Origin: Octopus sinensis
Lineage: Eukaryota
Reading direction: 5' to 3'
Assembly (NCBI RefSeq): GCF_006345805.1
Contig: NC_043003.1
Coordinates: 91,016,001 to 91,080,000, forward strand
Length of the DNA stretch: 64,000 nucleotides
The position numbers were made by a program, and so were the translations under genes. Below are positions 51,980 to 64,000 of this stretch, one piece after another; position 1 is the stretch's first letter, and each line of letters starts with the position of its first letter. The notes under the pieces are model-generated. The model had not been told where the DNA came from. It ran no database searches and saw only the letters and a list, made by a program, of their open reading frames with translations.

Positions 51980-52465
51980 CATCATCATCATCATCATCAT
52001 CGTTTAGCATCTGCTTTCCATGCTAGCATGGGTTGGACGGTTCAACTGGGAGCTGGGAAGCCAGAAGGCTGCACCAGGCCCAGTCTGATCTGGCAATGGT
52101 TCTACAGCTGGATGCCCTTCCTAACGCCAACCATTCCATGAGTGTAGTAGGTGCTTTTTACATGCCACCGGCACAGGTGCCAGACGAGGCTGGCATACGG
52201 CCATGATCGGATGGTGCTTTTTACGTGCCACCGGCTGGGAGGCCAGTCGGGGCGGCGCTGGCAACAGCCACATTCGAATGGTTCTCTTATGTACCACCGG
52301 CACTGGTATAACAGCTACAATTTCCATTGATGTTAATCGATTTTGATTTTGATTTTGATTTTGATTTTGATTTTCACTTGCCTCAACAGGTCTTCACAAG
52401 TAGAGTTTTGTGTCCCAAGAAGGAAAGGTATGCATAAGTGGACTGGCTACATCCCAGGTATCTAA
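51980..52465 (-). mobile_element. RTE 3' UTR fragment with (GAT)n tail
   Basis: Same 3' UTR as 60560-61172. Confidence 0.75.
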
Positions 52466-52476
52466 CATATATATAA

Positions 52477-52517
<41 letters not shown>

Positions 52518-52519
52518 TG

Positions 52520-53800
52520 CAGGAGTTAGACAAAATAATGGAAACACCTTAAAATTTCAAACAAATTTATTTTAATATGGTATAGGATCGCCTTTGGCAG
52601 TAATCACAGCTTGAATTCTACAAGGTATGGACTCGCACAAAGTTTGAATTGATTCCAAAGGAATTTTTGTCCATTCTTCAGCTAAAACAGTCTCCAGTTC
52701 TTGTAGTGATGATAGTGGAGGATATTGACTCCTTACTTGTTTTTCTAAAATGCACCATAAATGTTCAATAATATTGAGATCAGGGGACTGTGGTGGCCAG
52801 ATAAGATGTTCAACTTCCCTAGAATGTTCCTCATGCCATTCAGTAACAACTTTAGCTGTGTGAATTGGTGCTTTATCATCCTGAAAGATTGCATTTCCCT
52901 CCGGAATCAGTTCCGCAACAATAGGATTAATTTGATCATATAAAATGCTTAAATAGTTTTGACTGTTAATTCTGCCATGAAGAATTTGACTATTAATTCT
53001 GCCATTGGGCTGGCGGATTTCCAACATATGGCCCCCACTAGATCATCACAGATCCTCCTCCATGTTTAACAGTTGGAAGAAGATAGTCTGGGTCAAATGC
53101 TTCTTTAGGCTGTCTCCACATGTATACTCAGCAGGTGGTCAGAAACAAGGTAAAGGATGACTTGTCCGAGAAAATAACATTCTTCCACTGCCCTAGGGAC
53201 CAATTCTGTAGGTTTTTACTCCACACTAAATGCGTTGCAATGTTTGTTTTTGAAAGTAGTGGTTTTCTGATTGCAACTCTCCCATGAAATCCAGCTCTGT
53301 GCAGCTCCCAGGGAACAGTTTTTGTGGAAACTGGGTTCTCAAGGTGGTCATTAAGCTCTGCAGTAATTTTGGGAGCTGTACTTTTGTGATCCTTTCTAAC
53401 AATTCCTATAAGAGTCCAATGGTTCCTATCTGAAAGTTTTGGTTTTCTTCCGGAGTTTTGTTTTGACGAGGTTTTTCCCTCCTTCTCAAAGGCTGCCTTT
53501 ACTTTTGAGTCAGTACTTCTTGATACACCAAACATTTCAGCTGTTTTCATTACGCTAATGCCTGCCATACAAGCACCAACAATTTGACCTCTTTGAAAGT
53601 TCGATAGATCTATCATGTTAATGAATTTTAATTACCTTTTTCTGATGATATCTGAAAGAAACAGCAATTTTAGCAAAACATATTGAGCAACACTAATAAC
53701 AAATCAAAAAACAAAATAATAAATAAACAAGCTTTTGGCAGTTTTATAGGTATTTCAAAATTATGATGCTAGGTGTTTCCATTATTTTGTCCAAACCCTG
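52520..53800 (-). mobile_element. Full-length Tc1-type transposon, inactivated (D-x36-E)
   Basis: ~30-bp TIRs CAGGAGTTAGACAAAATAATGGAAACACCT / AGGTGTTTCCATTATTTTGTCCAAACCCTG; ORF pieces 53128-53616 (HTH, SGRKPKL, IFSD) and 52572-53027 (FQDD..WPPQSPDLNIIE). Confidence 0.93.
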
Positions 53801-53883
53801 TATATATATATTTTGATAAAAATGGTAAGACAACAAAAGAATGAAAGAGACCTCAATATTATGTAAATAGAGGAATTTATCTG

Positions 53884-54081
53884 TAAATGTAATATGTGAC
53901 AATTATTTAGTAGCCATGATATAACTCTGAGTTTTGGATGCCGGGGTGGAAATCCACGCTGCCATCTCTTCAGTTATCCGGCCCAGATAACTGAAGAGAT
54001 GGCGGTGTGGATTTCCGCCCCCGGCATCCAAAACTCAGAGTTTTATCATGGCTACTGAATAATTGTCACATATTACATTTA
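53884..54081. repeat. ~95-bp-arm palindrome containing a degenerate hammerhead in each arm (family F)
   Basis: Arms 53884-53978 and 53986-54081 with a 7-nt spacer; GAUAA-CUGAAGA-GAUG..CAUC-C-[A]AA-ACUC-A-GAGU-U-UUAUC with A at G12. Confidence 0.7.
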
Positions 54082-54095
54082 TATATATATTTATA

Positions 54096-54139
<44 letters not shown>

Positions 54140-54140
<1 letters not shown>

Positions 54141-55402
54141 TGGGTCATCTCATAGATAATGCGGTTTTTTCAATTGCATGAACTAAAAGTTGGAGGGAGG
54201 ACAGAATAAACTACCTGTATCAACTTCCTATAAAAGCAGGTTGTAATTTATTCTTAGTGCAAGTTTTGAAGAGTGCAATCGATTTTAACAGTTATTTTTT
54301 CAAAGCCGTAATGGATGTGACAAAGGAACATATTCAGCATATTCTGCTTTTTAAGTTCAATAAAGGCAACAACACAACAGAAAGTACAAAGAATATTAAT
54401 GCAGTAAATGGGGATTGGACAATAAATGTAAGCCACTGTCAGCAGTGGTTCCAGAAATACCGAGCTGGAAACTACAGCCTAGAAGATGAGCCTCATCCTG
54501 GAAGATCTGTAGAGCTTGACGAGGACATCCTGCAAACTCTGGTAGAACAAAATCCCATTGTTACTGTTGAGGAACTAGCAGAGAAGCTTGGATTTTGTCA
54601 TGCAACCATTCATTGACACCTGTGTGCCATCCGAAAAGTCAGCAAATTGGGTTGATGTATTCCTCACAAAATTTCCAAGTCTAATTGCATGCAGAGAGTG
54701 AATGTGTGCTCTTCTTTGCTGTCATGTCTCATGAATGAACTTTTTTTGGACTGAATAGTGACTGGTGACGAGAAATGGGTTCTCAATAAAAATGTTAAGT
54801 GCCGAAGACAGTGGGTAGGGAGAGGAGAAACACTGACACTCCATGCTAAAGAAGGTTTTCACCCACATAAGGTGTTGTTGGGATATGAAAGGTTTAGTCC
54901 ACTTTGAACTTTTAAACCCAAACCAAATTATAGCAAAGGAAATCTACTGCAAGCAGCTTGAGCAGCTAAAGTCAGCACTAGAAGGAAAATGACCATCTTT
55001 GGTTTCAAGACAAAAGGTGTTCTTCCATCAGGATAATGCTTGGATACATACAGCGAGGATGACATTCCAAAGGCTGGAGCAGTTTGAATAGGAAACAATA
55101 CTGCACCCACCATATTTACCGGACATTTCCTCCATTTGTTTATCATTTATTCTACAGTCTTCAAAATCATTTGGATGGGAAAAATATGAATTCTGTAGAC
55201 GAGATCAGAACAGTACTAGGAGTAATTTTTCGTCACAGACGAGTAAATTTTGAATGAGAGGCCTTGCAAATCTGCCAGATAAATGGGAGAGCGTTGTAGA
55301 AAATGAAGGAGAGTATATTTTAGATAAAAAAAGAACTGTTTATCTTAATTTTGAAAAATAAAGAAGCATTAAAAAAACTGCATTATTCATGGGATGACCC
55401 AT
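54140..55402 (+). mobile_element. Full-length mariner, inactivated
   Basis: TIRs TTGGGTCATCTCATAGATAATGC / GCATTATTCATGGGATGACCCA; HIQHILLFKFNKG..WFQKYRAGNYSLEDEPHPGR, VTGDEKW. Confidence 0.92.
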
Positions 55403-55404
55403 CA

Positions 55405-56660
55405 TCATCATTGTTGTTTAACATCCGCTTTCCCATGCTGGCATGGGTTGGACGATTTGACTGAGGGCTGGCAAGCCAGAAGGCTGCACCAGGCTACAAT
55501 CTGATCTGACAGAGTTTCTACAACTGGATGCCCTTTCTAATGCTAACCACTCCACTTTTTACATGCCACCATCATGAGGGCTAGTCAGACAGTACTGGCA
55601 TCAACCACGCTTGAATGGTACACTTTACATGCCACTGGTATGGGAGTCACTCAGGTGGCACTGGCAACAATCATGCTCGAATAGTGCTTTTTACATGCCA
55701 CTGGCATGGGACCAGGCAAGTAACACTGGCATTGACCAGGCTCGAATGGTGCTTTTTACATGCCACCGGCACAGGTGCCAATCAGGTGTTACTGTCATCG
55801 GCCATGACAATGACTTCATTTGACTCAACAGGTCTTCACAAGTGCAGTTTATTGCCCAGTGATTAAAGGTTACTCTTAGATGGGCTGGTTATGCTGCACT
55901 AGCATAGGCCACGAGTTATGGTTTCATCTGGCTTGCCGGGTCTTCTCAAGCACAGCATATCTCCAAAAGTCTCGGTCACTTGTCACCGTCTTAGTGAGGC
56001 TGAATATTCAAAGGTCGTGCTTCACCACCTCATCCCAGGTCTTCCTGGGTCTACCTCTTCCATAGGTTCCCTCAACTGCTTGAGTGTAACAGTTTTTCAT
56101 ACAGCTGTCCTCATCCATTTGCAACACATGACCATATCAGCGCAGTCATCTCTCTTGCTCACCACATCTGATGCTTCTTAAACCCAACTTTTCTCTCAGG
56201 GTGCTTACGCACTGTCGTGTATGCACACTGACATTACATATCCATCGGAGCATACAGGCTTCATTCCTTGCAAGTTTATGCATGTCCTCAGCAGTCACAG
56301 CCCACGTTTCCCTGCCATGTAGCATGGCTGTTCGTACACGTGTCAAGAGACCCTTTGTCACCAGCAAAGGTAGGAGCTATCTGAACTTTACTCAGGCTAT
56401 TCTTATTCTAGCAGCTACACTTTCAGAGCATCCACCCCCACTACTGACTTGGTCCCCTAGATAACGGAAGCTATCAACTACTTCTAGTCTTCCCCCTGGC
56501 ATATTATGGAATCTGTTCTCTGCACATTTTCAGTGTTTATTACCCCTGAGCATTTACCACAAACAAAAACTATCTTACCAGTTAGCCTTCCTTTGATATT
56601 GCTGCACCTCTATAGCTTACAACGGGTACATCTTATGGAGTTTCTTAACACAGGGTACAT
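55405..56660 (-). mobile_element. RTE LINE 3' portion (5'-truncated)
   Basis: MLHGRETWAVTAEDMHKLARNE..; 3' UTR minisatellite; (GAT)n tail. Confidence 0.85.
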
Positions 56661-56679
56661 CTTATATATACTGTATATA

Positions 56680-57929
56680 TTGGGTTGGCAACTAAGTTCC
56701 CACCATTTTTTAAAATTTCGGAATTTTTTTTTTTGAGAATTCTATTTTTGAATCATTTTGGAATCTATTTTGTTTTTTACTTCTAGTTAATTTTAGTTAA
56801 TTTTTGTTTATTTTCAGATCGTTAAAATGGAATGTTAAGAAAAACGAGCATTTTTGACACCTCCTTTTTTTTGCTTTTAATCAAGGTTCTAAGGTTGCAA
56901 AAGCTGCTCGCGACATTTGTGCTGTGTATGGAGAGGGTGCCATAACTGAAAAAACTGCTCGTTATTGGTATGCTAAGTTAAAAAATGGGAATTTTGACCT
57001 TAAAGATGAACCTCGTTCTGGCCATCCAGTTGAGTTTGATGAAGAGCGATTAAACCAACTTTTGCACAAAAATTCTCGTCATACGACAAGGGAACTGGCA
57101 GAGAAAATGGAATGCTCCCACACTGCTATAGAGAAGCATCTTCACTCGATGGGAAAGGTTCGGAAGTATGGAGCATGGGTTCCGCATGCTTTAAGTGACA
57201 ACAACAAAAATCAACAAGCCACAATCTCTATTTGGTTTGCTTGCTCGTCACTGCTCAACTCATGGACACAAGCAACGATTTCTTTACTGAATCGTTACTG
57301 GCGATGAAAAACGGTGCCTGTACATTAATATGAAGCAGTGTAAGGAATGGCTTAGCCCTGGTAAACAAGTGACACCGCGTGTGAAATAAGATCTTCATCT
57401 GCGTAAAACGATGTTGTGCATATGGTGGGACTAGGAAGGAATTATCCATTACGAATTGCTTGAACGGAACCAAACAGTCAACGCGGAACTCTATGTTCAA
57501 CATGGCTATTCAAGAGAAAAGACCTAATCGTCAGCATGGAGTTCTTCTGCTGCACGACAACACCTGCCCTCATATCGCCAATATGACCAAGGAAGCCACT
57601 CAAACGAATGGTTGGAAAGTGCTGCCTCAACCGCCGTACTCTCCTGATTTGGCACCAACAGATTTCCACCTGTTTCAATCTCTTTCAAATGCTATGTGCA
57701 GAGTTTCATTCAATACTGATGCAGAATTGAGAGCCTGGTTGGATCAATTTTCTGAGTCGAAATCGAGTGATTTCTACCAACGAGGTATTGAAAATCTTGT
57801 AGAACATTGGAAAGAAGTTGTAAACAACAAGGGTGAATACATTATTGATTAATTAGTTGCTATTTTGTTTTATTAAACCTTTAAAAAAATTTAAATTGAA
57901 AAACAGTGGGAACTTAGTTGCCAACCCAA
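56680..57929 (+). mobile_element. Full-length mariner (D34D), inactivated
   Basis: TIRs TTGGGTTGGCAACTAAGTTCC / GGAACTTAGTTGCCAACCCAA with TA duplication; WVPHAL, HDN..PPYSPDLAPTD. Confidence 0.95.
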
Positions 57930-57937
57930 TATATATA

Positions 57938-60900
57938 TTAACGAACGACGGGTACCTTCTCTTGTGGCTGGTGACTTCAATGGGCATGTTGGGGGCTTCC
58001 ATGGCATACATGGAGGCTACGGTTATGGTTCCTGCAACGAGGAGGGAACCAGGCTACTGGAGTTCTGCGATGCAAATGATCTTATGGTTTGCAACACTAA
58101 CTTCAGGTACCCTACCAGCCACCTAGTCACCTACCGATCGGGCCGACATACCAGCCAAATTGACTACATCCTTGCCAGGAAAAGGGAAAGATGGCTGCTT
58201 ATAAATGCCAAAAGCTTCCCAGGTGAAGAATGTACTCCACAACATAGACTGGTAGTTAGTGACTTTAGGATCAGGACTAAGAGGACGGCCAGAAGACAAC
58301 CAACATGGAGAAGAAAGATCTGGAAGCTTAAAGATCCTGCAAATGGACAGAGATTTAGGGACATATTACTTGAAGCCTTTCACGAAATAGAAGGGGATAT
58401 AGCTTCACATAGGGTAGAAGACAACTGGAGGTTTATAAGGGACAACCTGCTGAGAGCCACTGACCAGATCTGTGGATGGTGCAAAGTCCCCTCTCGACCC
58501 AAAATAACGTGGTGGTGGAACAATATTGTTGACAGGGCTATTAGACAAAAGAAACAGGCTTGGAAGGACTGGAAGAACGGTGGTAGCAGGGAAGTGTATC
58601 AGACTGCCAGAAGGGAAGCTAGGAGGCAGGTGTATTTAGCCAGAGGGGAAGCAGATAAGAAAAAATTGCCAATGTTCTGCACCGTGAGGACGAAAGACTT
58701 GAGGTATTTCGTGTTGCAAGACAGTGTGTGAGAGAGAATCGTGATGTGGTAGGAGAAAATGTGTTCGCATGTATGATGGTTCACTTGCACTAAATAAGGA
58801 TGCAAAGAGAGTGGTTTGGAGACACTACTATGAAAGGTTGCTGAATAAAGAGAGTCTGCCGAATGTTGACCCAACAGAGGGACCAGCTATCCGAGTTGAC
58901 AGTTCCTTGGTAGTTAAATCAATTAAGAGTATGAAGACAGGGAAAGCCCCCGGCCCATCAGGATTTACTGCAGAGATGCTCAAAATATCTGGCAGTGTCG
59001 GCTATAGCCTAGTCACCCGTATAGTTAACCAGGTGATACACGAAGGAGTCATACCCAATGACTGGTGTAGCAGCATAATAGTTAACTGCTACAAAGGTAA
59101 AGGTGACACTCTAGATACAAATAATTACAGAGGTATCAAGCTGTTGAATCAGGTAATGAAGGTTACGAAGAGGGTCATAGCCCAACTTATTAGGGAGAGA
59201 GTCAACTTGGATGAGATGCAGTTTGGTTTCATGCCAGGGAAAAGCACCACTGATGCCATATTTCTGGTAAGACAGCTGCAGGAGAAATACCTAGCCAAAG
59301 ATAAGCCCCTGTACCTCACTTTCATTGACATGGAGAAAGCCTTTGACAGGGTCCCCCGATCCCTTATCTGGTGGTCAATGAGGAAACTAGAGATAGATGA
59401 ATGGTTAGTGAGAGCTGTGCAAGCCATGTACAGGGATGCTGCTAGTAAGGTGAGGGTTAGCAATGAGTACAGTGAAGAATTTTGGGTAGAGGTAGGGGTC
59501 CACCAAGGTTCAGTCCTCAGCCCCCTCCTATTTATCATAGTCCTCCAGGCAATAATGGAGGAATTTAAGGCAGGATGCCCCTGGGAGCTCTCTATGCTGA
59601 CAACCTTGCTCTAATCGCTGAGTCGCTATCAGAACTAGAGGAGAAGTTTCAGGTATGGAAACAAGAATTAGAATCGAAGGGCCTCAGAATCAACCTAGCT
59701 AAAACCAAAGTCCTAATATGTAGGAAGGCAGGAAAACCACAAATCCCTTCAGGTAGATGGCCCTGCTCGATCTGTAGTAGAGGTGTAGGTAGAAACTCTA
59801 TAAGATGTACCCAGTGTAAGCTATGGACACATAAGAGGTGCAGTGATATCAAAGGAAGGCTAACTGGGAAGATAGTTTTTGTGTGTGGCAGATGTGCGGG
59901 TGCAATAAACACTGGCAATGTGCAGAGAACAACTTCCGCCACATTCCAGGGAGAAAAACTAGAAGTAATTGATAGCTTCCGTTATCTAGGTGACCAAATA
60001 AGTTGCGAAGGACGGTGTACTGAAAGTGTAGCTGCTAGAATAAGAATAGCCTGGGCAAAGTTCAGGGAGCTCCAACCTCTGCTGGTGACAAATGTCCTCT
60101 CACTCAGAGTAAAAGATAGACTGTATGACACATGCGTGCGAACAGCCATGCTACATGGCAGCAAAACATGGGCCATGACTGCTGAGGACATGCATAAGCT
60201 TGCAAGGAATGAAACTAGTATGCTCCGATGGATGTGTAATGTCAGTGTGCCTACATGACAGAGTGTAAGTGCCCTGACAGAAAAGTTGGACGTAAGAAGC
60301 ATCAGATGTGGTGAGCAAGAGAGACAACTGCACTGGTATGATCATGTGCTGCAAATGGATGAGGACAGCTGTGTGAAAAAGTGTCACATCCTTGCAGTTG
60401 AGGGAACCTGTGGAAAAGGTAGACCCAGGAAGACCTGGGATGAGGTGGTGAAGCACAACCTTTGAATATTCGGCCTCACTAAGACGGTGACAAGTGGCCG
60501 AGACTTTTGAAGATATGCGGTGCTTGAGAAGACCCGGCAAGCCAGATGAAACCATAACTCGTAGCCTATGCCAGGAGCATAACCAGCCCGCTTATGCATA
60601 GCTTTTCCTTCTTTGGTCACTAAACTTTGCTTGCAGAGACCTGTTGAGGCAAGTGAAATCAAAATCAAAATCATTTCGATGACTGGCATCCATGCTAGCA
60701 GGGTGCAAAGAGCACCAGACGAGTGTGATTGTTGACAGAGCGGCTATTCGAGTATGATCGTTACCAGCGTCGCCTTACTGGCACTTATGCCTGTGCTAGT
60801 AGGGTGCCAAGAACAATATCCGAGCGTGATCATTGCCAGAGCAGCCAACTGGCTTCCCTACGCGTGGCACGTAAAAGGGCACCATTCGAGAGTGATCGTT

Positions 60901-61179
60901 AACAACGTCGCTTAGCTGGCATCTGTGCCGGTGGCACATGTAACAAGATTCGAGCGAGGTCATTGCCAGTGCCGCCTGACTGGCCCCCATGCAGGTGGCA
61001 CATAAAAAGCACCCACTACACTCTCGGAGTGGTTGGCGTTAGGAAGGGCATCTAGCTGTAGAAACTCTGCCAGATCAAGACTGGAGCCTGGTGCAGCCAT
61101 CTGGTTGCCAGCCCTCAGTCAAAATCGTCCAACCCATGCTAGCATGGAAAACGGACATTAAATGATGATGATATATATA
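57938..61179 (+). mobile_element. RTE LINE, 5'-truncated, with 23-bp target-site duplication
   Basis: Endonuclease (AGDFNGHVG..QIDYIL), RT (QFGFMPG, DMEKAFD, GVHQGSVLSP, YADN), PHD finger, 3' UTR and (GAT)n tail; TSD TAGTTGCCAACCCAATATATATA at 57915-57937 and 61180-61202. Confidence 0.93.
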
Positions 61180-61199
61180 TAGTTGCCAACCCAATATAT

Positions 61200-61254
<55 letters not shown>

Positions 61255-61379
61255 GAAATAAATAAATAGATAGATATACACATAAACATGCACGCACACA
61301 CACACACACACACATACACACACACACACACACATATATACATTTATACATACTATATCTATATCTATCTATCTATCTA

Positions 61380-61423
<44 letters not shown>

Positions 61424-61821
61424 ATACATATCCATATATATATATATATATAATATATATATATAAACACATCTATATATATATGCATGCTTGTGTGCAT
61501 GCTAATATCAAAGAGTGAAGATGAGTGCTCAATACTAGATATTGCTGCTCATCTCCATCTTGGATGAGAATATACATGAGACTGTACAGGATTTTGGGAT
61601 AAATAAATATACATCTCCTTTGCATTAGCCCTGGGGGTTCATTGTAAGAAATTATGTTCACCATGGACTGATTAATTCCTTAATCATTTTATGTGAGAAA
61701 GGTCATGCATGTCCAAATTTATAAATATAAATACACACGTATGTGCACATGCACATCCACAAAAATACGCACACACACACACACACATGTAAACATACAT
61801 ACACACATATGTATGTGTATG

Positions 61822-61857
<36 letters not shown>

Positions 61858-61881
61858 GACACACACACACACACATATATA

Positions 61882-61920
<39 letters not shown>

Positions 61921-62339
61921 AACATTATGCGTTTTGTCTGTATTTGAGTATGTACACATGATTGGAGTTTCACAGATTTTGACACCAAACTTGGTCCACA
62001 AGGCTGTAAATGTATTAAGTTCGTAGGGTTGTGGATTCATAAATTTGTGTATATATGTATTTTTCTATGAATTATGTGATGTTATGAACATGTGCAATGC
62101 ACATATATCTATGTTGTGAGGAAATCCAGCATAAGTTTATGGGGGGTATGTGTCTTTTATGCATAATGTTCATATAATATATATAATCAATGGCCAGAGA
62201 AAAAACTTATCCAAGATAGAAGGTGGCAAAGTGTGTGTGTGTGGGGGGGTGCATACATGAAATTTCAAAGTAGGAATTATTGCTTGTACATGCAGGGGGA
62301 GAAGATTTCTTCCCTAATGTGTAAAATGTTTACTGTTAA

Positions 62340-64000
62340 TCATCATCATCATCATCATCATCATTTAGCGTCCGTTCTCCATGCTAGCATGGGTTGGACG
62401 GTTCAACTGGGGTCTGTGAAGCTGGAAGGCTTCATCAGGCCCAGTCAGATCTGGCAGTGTTTCTACGGCTGGATGCCCTTCCTAACATCAACCACTCCGT
62501 GAGTGTAGTGGGTGCTTTTTACGTGCCACCCGCACAGGTGCCAGACAGAGCTGGCAAACGGCCACGAATGGACGGTGCTTTTACGTGTCACCGGCACGGG
62601 GGCCAGGCGAAGCTGGCAACGGACACGAACGGATGGTGCTTTTACATGTCACCGACATGGGGGCCAGACAGGGCTGGCAAACGGACACGAACGGATGGTG
62701 CTTTTACATGTCACCGACATGGGGGCCAGACAGGGCTGGCAAATGGCCACGAACGGATGGTGCTTTTACGTGTCACCGGCACGGGGGCCAGACAGAGCTG
62801 GCAAACGGCCACGAATGGATGGTGCTTTTACGTGTCACCGGCACGGGGCCAGACAGAGCTGGCAAACGGCCACAAACGGATGGTGCTTTTACGTGTCACA
62901 GGCACGGGGGCCAGGCCAGGCTGGCAACGAACACGAACTGATGGTGCTTTTACGTGCCACCAACACGGAGGCCAGACAGGGCTGGCAAACGGCTACGAAC
63001 GGATGGTACTTTTACGTGTCACCTGCACGGGGGACCTGATGTTGATCGACCTCAATTTGGTTTTATCTTGATTTGACTGTTCTCACTGGTCTTGCCGGGT
63101 TTTCTCACGCACAGCATACCTCCAAAGGTCTCGGTCACTGGTCATTTCCTTGGTGAGACCTAAAGTTCGAAGGTCGTGCTTCACCGCCTCGACCCAGGTT
63201 TTCCTGGGTCTACCTCTTCCACAGGTCCCCTCAACTGCCAGGGTGTGGCACTTTTGCACACAACTATCTTCAGCCATTCTCATCACATGACCATACCAGC
63301 GCATACGTCTCTCTTGCACACAACAACTGATGCTTCTTAGGTTCAACTTTTCTCTCAAGGTACTTACACTCTGTCGATTATGAACACTGACGTTACACAT
63401 CCATCGGAGCATACTAGCTTCATTTCTTGCGAGCTTACGCAAATCCTCAGCAGTCACAGCCCAAGTTTCACTACCATGTAGCATGGCTGTACGTACACAT
63501 GCATCATACAGTCTGCCTTTTACTTTGAGCGAGAGGCCTTTTGTCACCAGCAGGGGTAAGAGCTCTCTAAACTTTGCCCAGGCTATTCTTACTCTAGCAG
63601 TTATACTTTCAGCGCACCCGCCCCCGCTACTGACTTGGTCACCTAGGTAACGGAAACTATCAACTACTTCTAGCTTTTCTCCCTGGAAAGTGACGGAAGT
63701 TGGTCTCAGAGCATTTTCAGTGTTAATTGTTCCTGAGCATCTGCCACATACAAAAACCATCTTCCTAGTTAGCCTTCTTTGACATTGCTGCACCTCTTAT
63801 GTGTCCATAGCTTACACTTGGTGCATCTTATAGAGTTTCTACCTACACCTTTTCTACAGATCGAGCAGGGCCATCTACCTGAAGGCGTTTGTGATTGGTC
63901 TACCTTCCTACTTATTAGGACTTTGGTTTTGGCTAGGTTGATTCTAAGGCCCTTCGATTCTAAACCTTGTTTCCATACCTGAAACTTCTCCTCTAGTTCT
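62340..64000 (-). mobile_element. RTE LINE 3' portion (continues past the window edge)
   Basis: ORF 63083-63793 is the C-terminus; same clade as 57938-61179; (GAT)n tail at 62340. Confidence 0.92.
62511..63032. repeat. ~61-bp minisatellite (~8.5 copies) in an RTE 3' UTR
   Basis: Unit GGTGCTTTTACGTGTCACCGGCACGGGGCCAGACAGAGCTGGCAAACGGCCACGAACGGAT. Confidence 0.92.

Noticed and set aside
61180-61202. Apparent solo mariner TIR after the RTE tail
   Set aside because: It is the 23-bp target-site duplication of the RTE (57938-61179), which inserted at the end of the mariner; it only shows the RTE is younger.
62394-63071. 225-aa and 175-aa repetitive ORFs
   Set aside because: Antisense translations of the RTE 3' UTR minisatellite.

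Overview
AT-rich, microsatellite-dense animal genomic DNA. The SINE families, RTE/CR1/Dong LINEs and (TA)n/(CA)n density suggest an octopus or other cephalopod (inference). No intact host ORF is visible, only a few candidate small + strand exons at 21.8-25.4 kb. Most of the window is transposon-derived: an internally deleted Helitron with both termini, a hAT transposase relic, a full-length but decayed Tc1 element (D-x36-E), two full-length decayed mariners plus a deleted one, several RTE LINEs (one clade with a PHD finger after the RT domain), CR1, R4/Dong and Gypsy relics, and many tRNA-derived SINEs. The main unexpected signal is RNA. Six sequence-unrelated small repeat families each carry a hammerhead ribozyme (HHR) fold, and five of them lie in inverted-repeat (palindromic) structures typical of Penelope-like or retrozyme insertions. 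They include a ~490-bp tandem unit with one full type I HHR per monomer, a tRNA-headed (Pol III) unit ending in a minimal dimer-type HHR, and a minimal HHR whose core has the compensatory G3-C8 swap (GUGAACA instead of CUGANGA). All folds were derived by eye. Activity and novelty relative to databases are untested.
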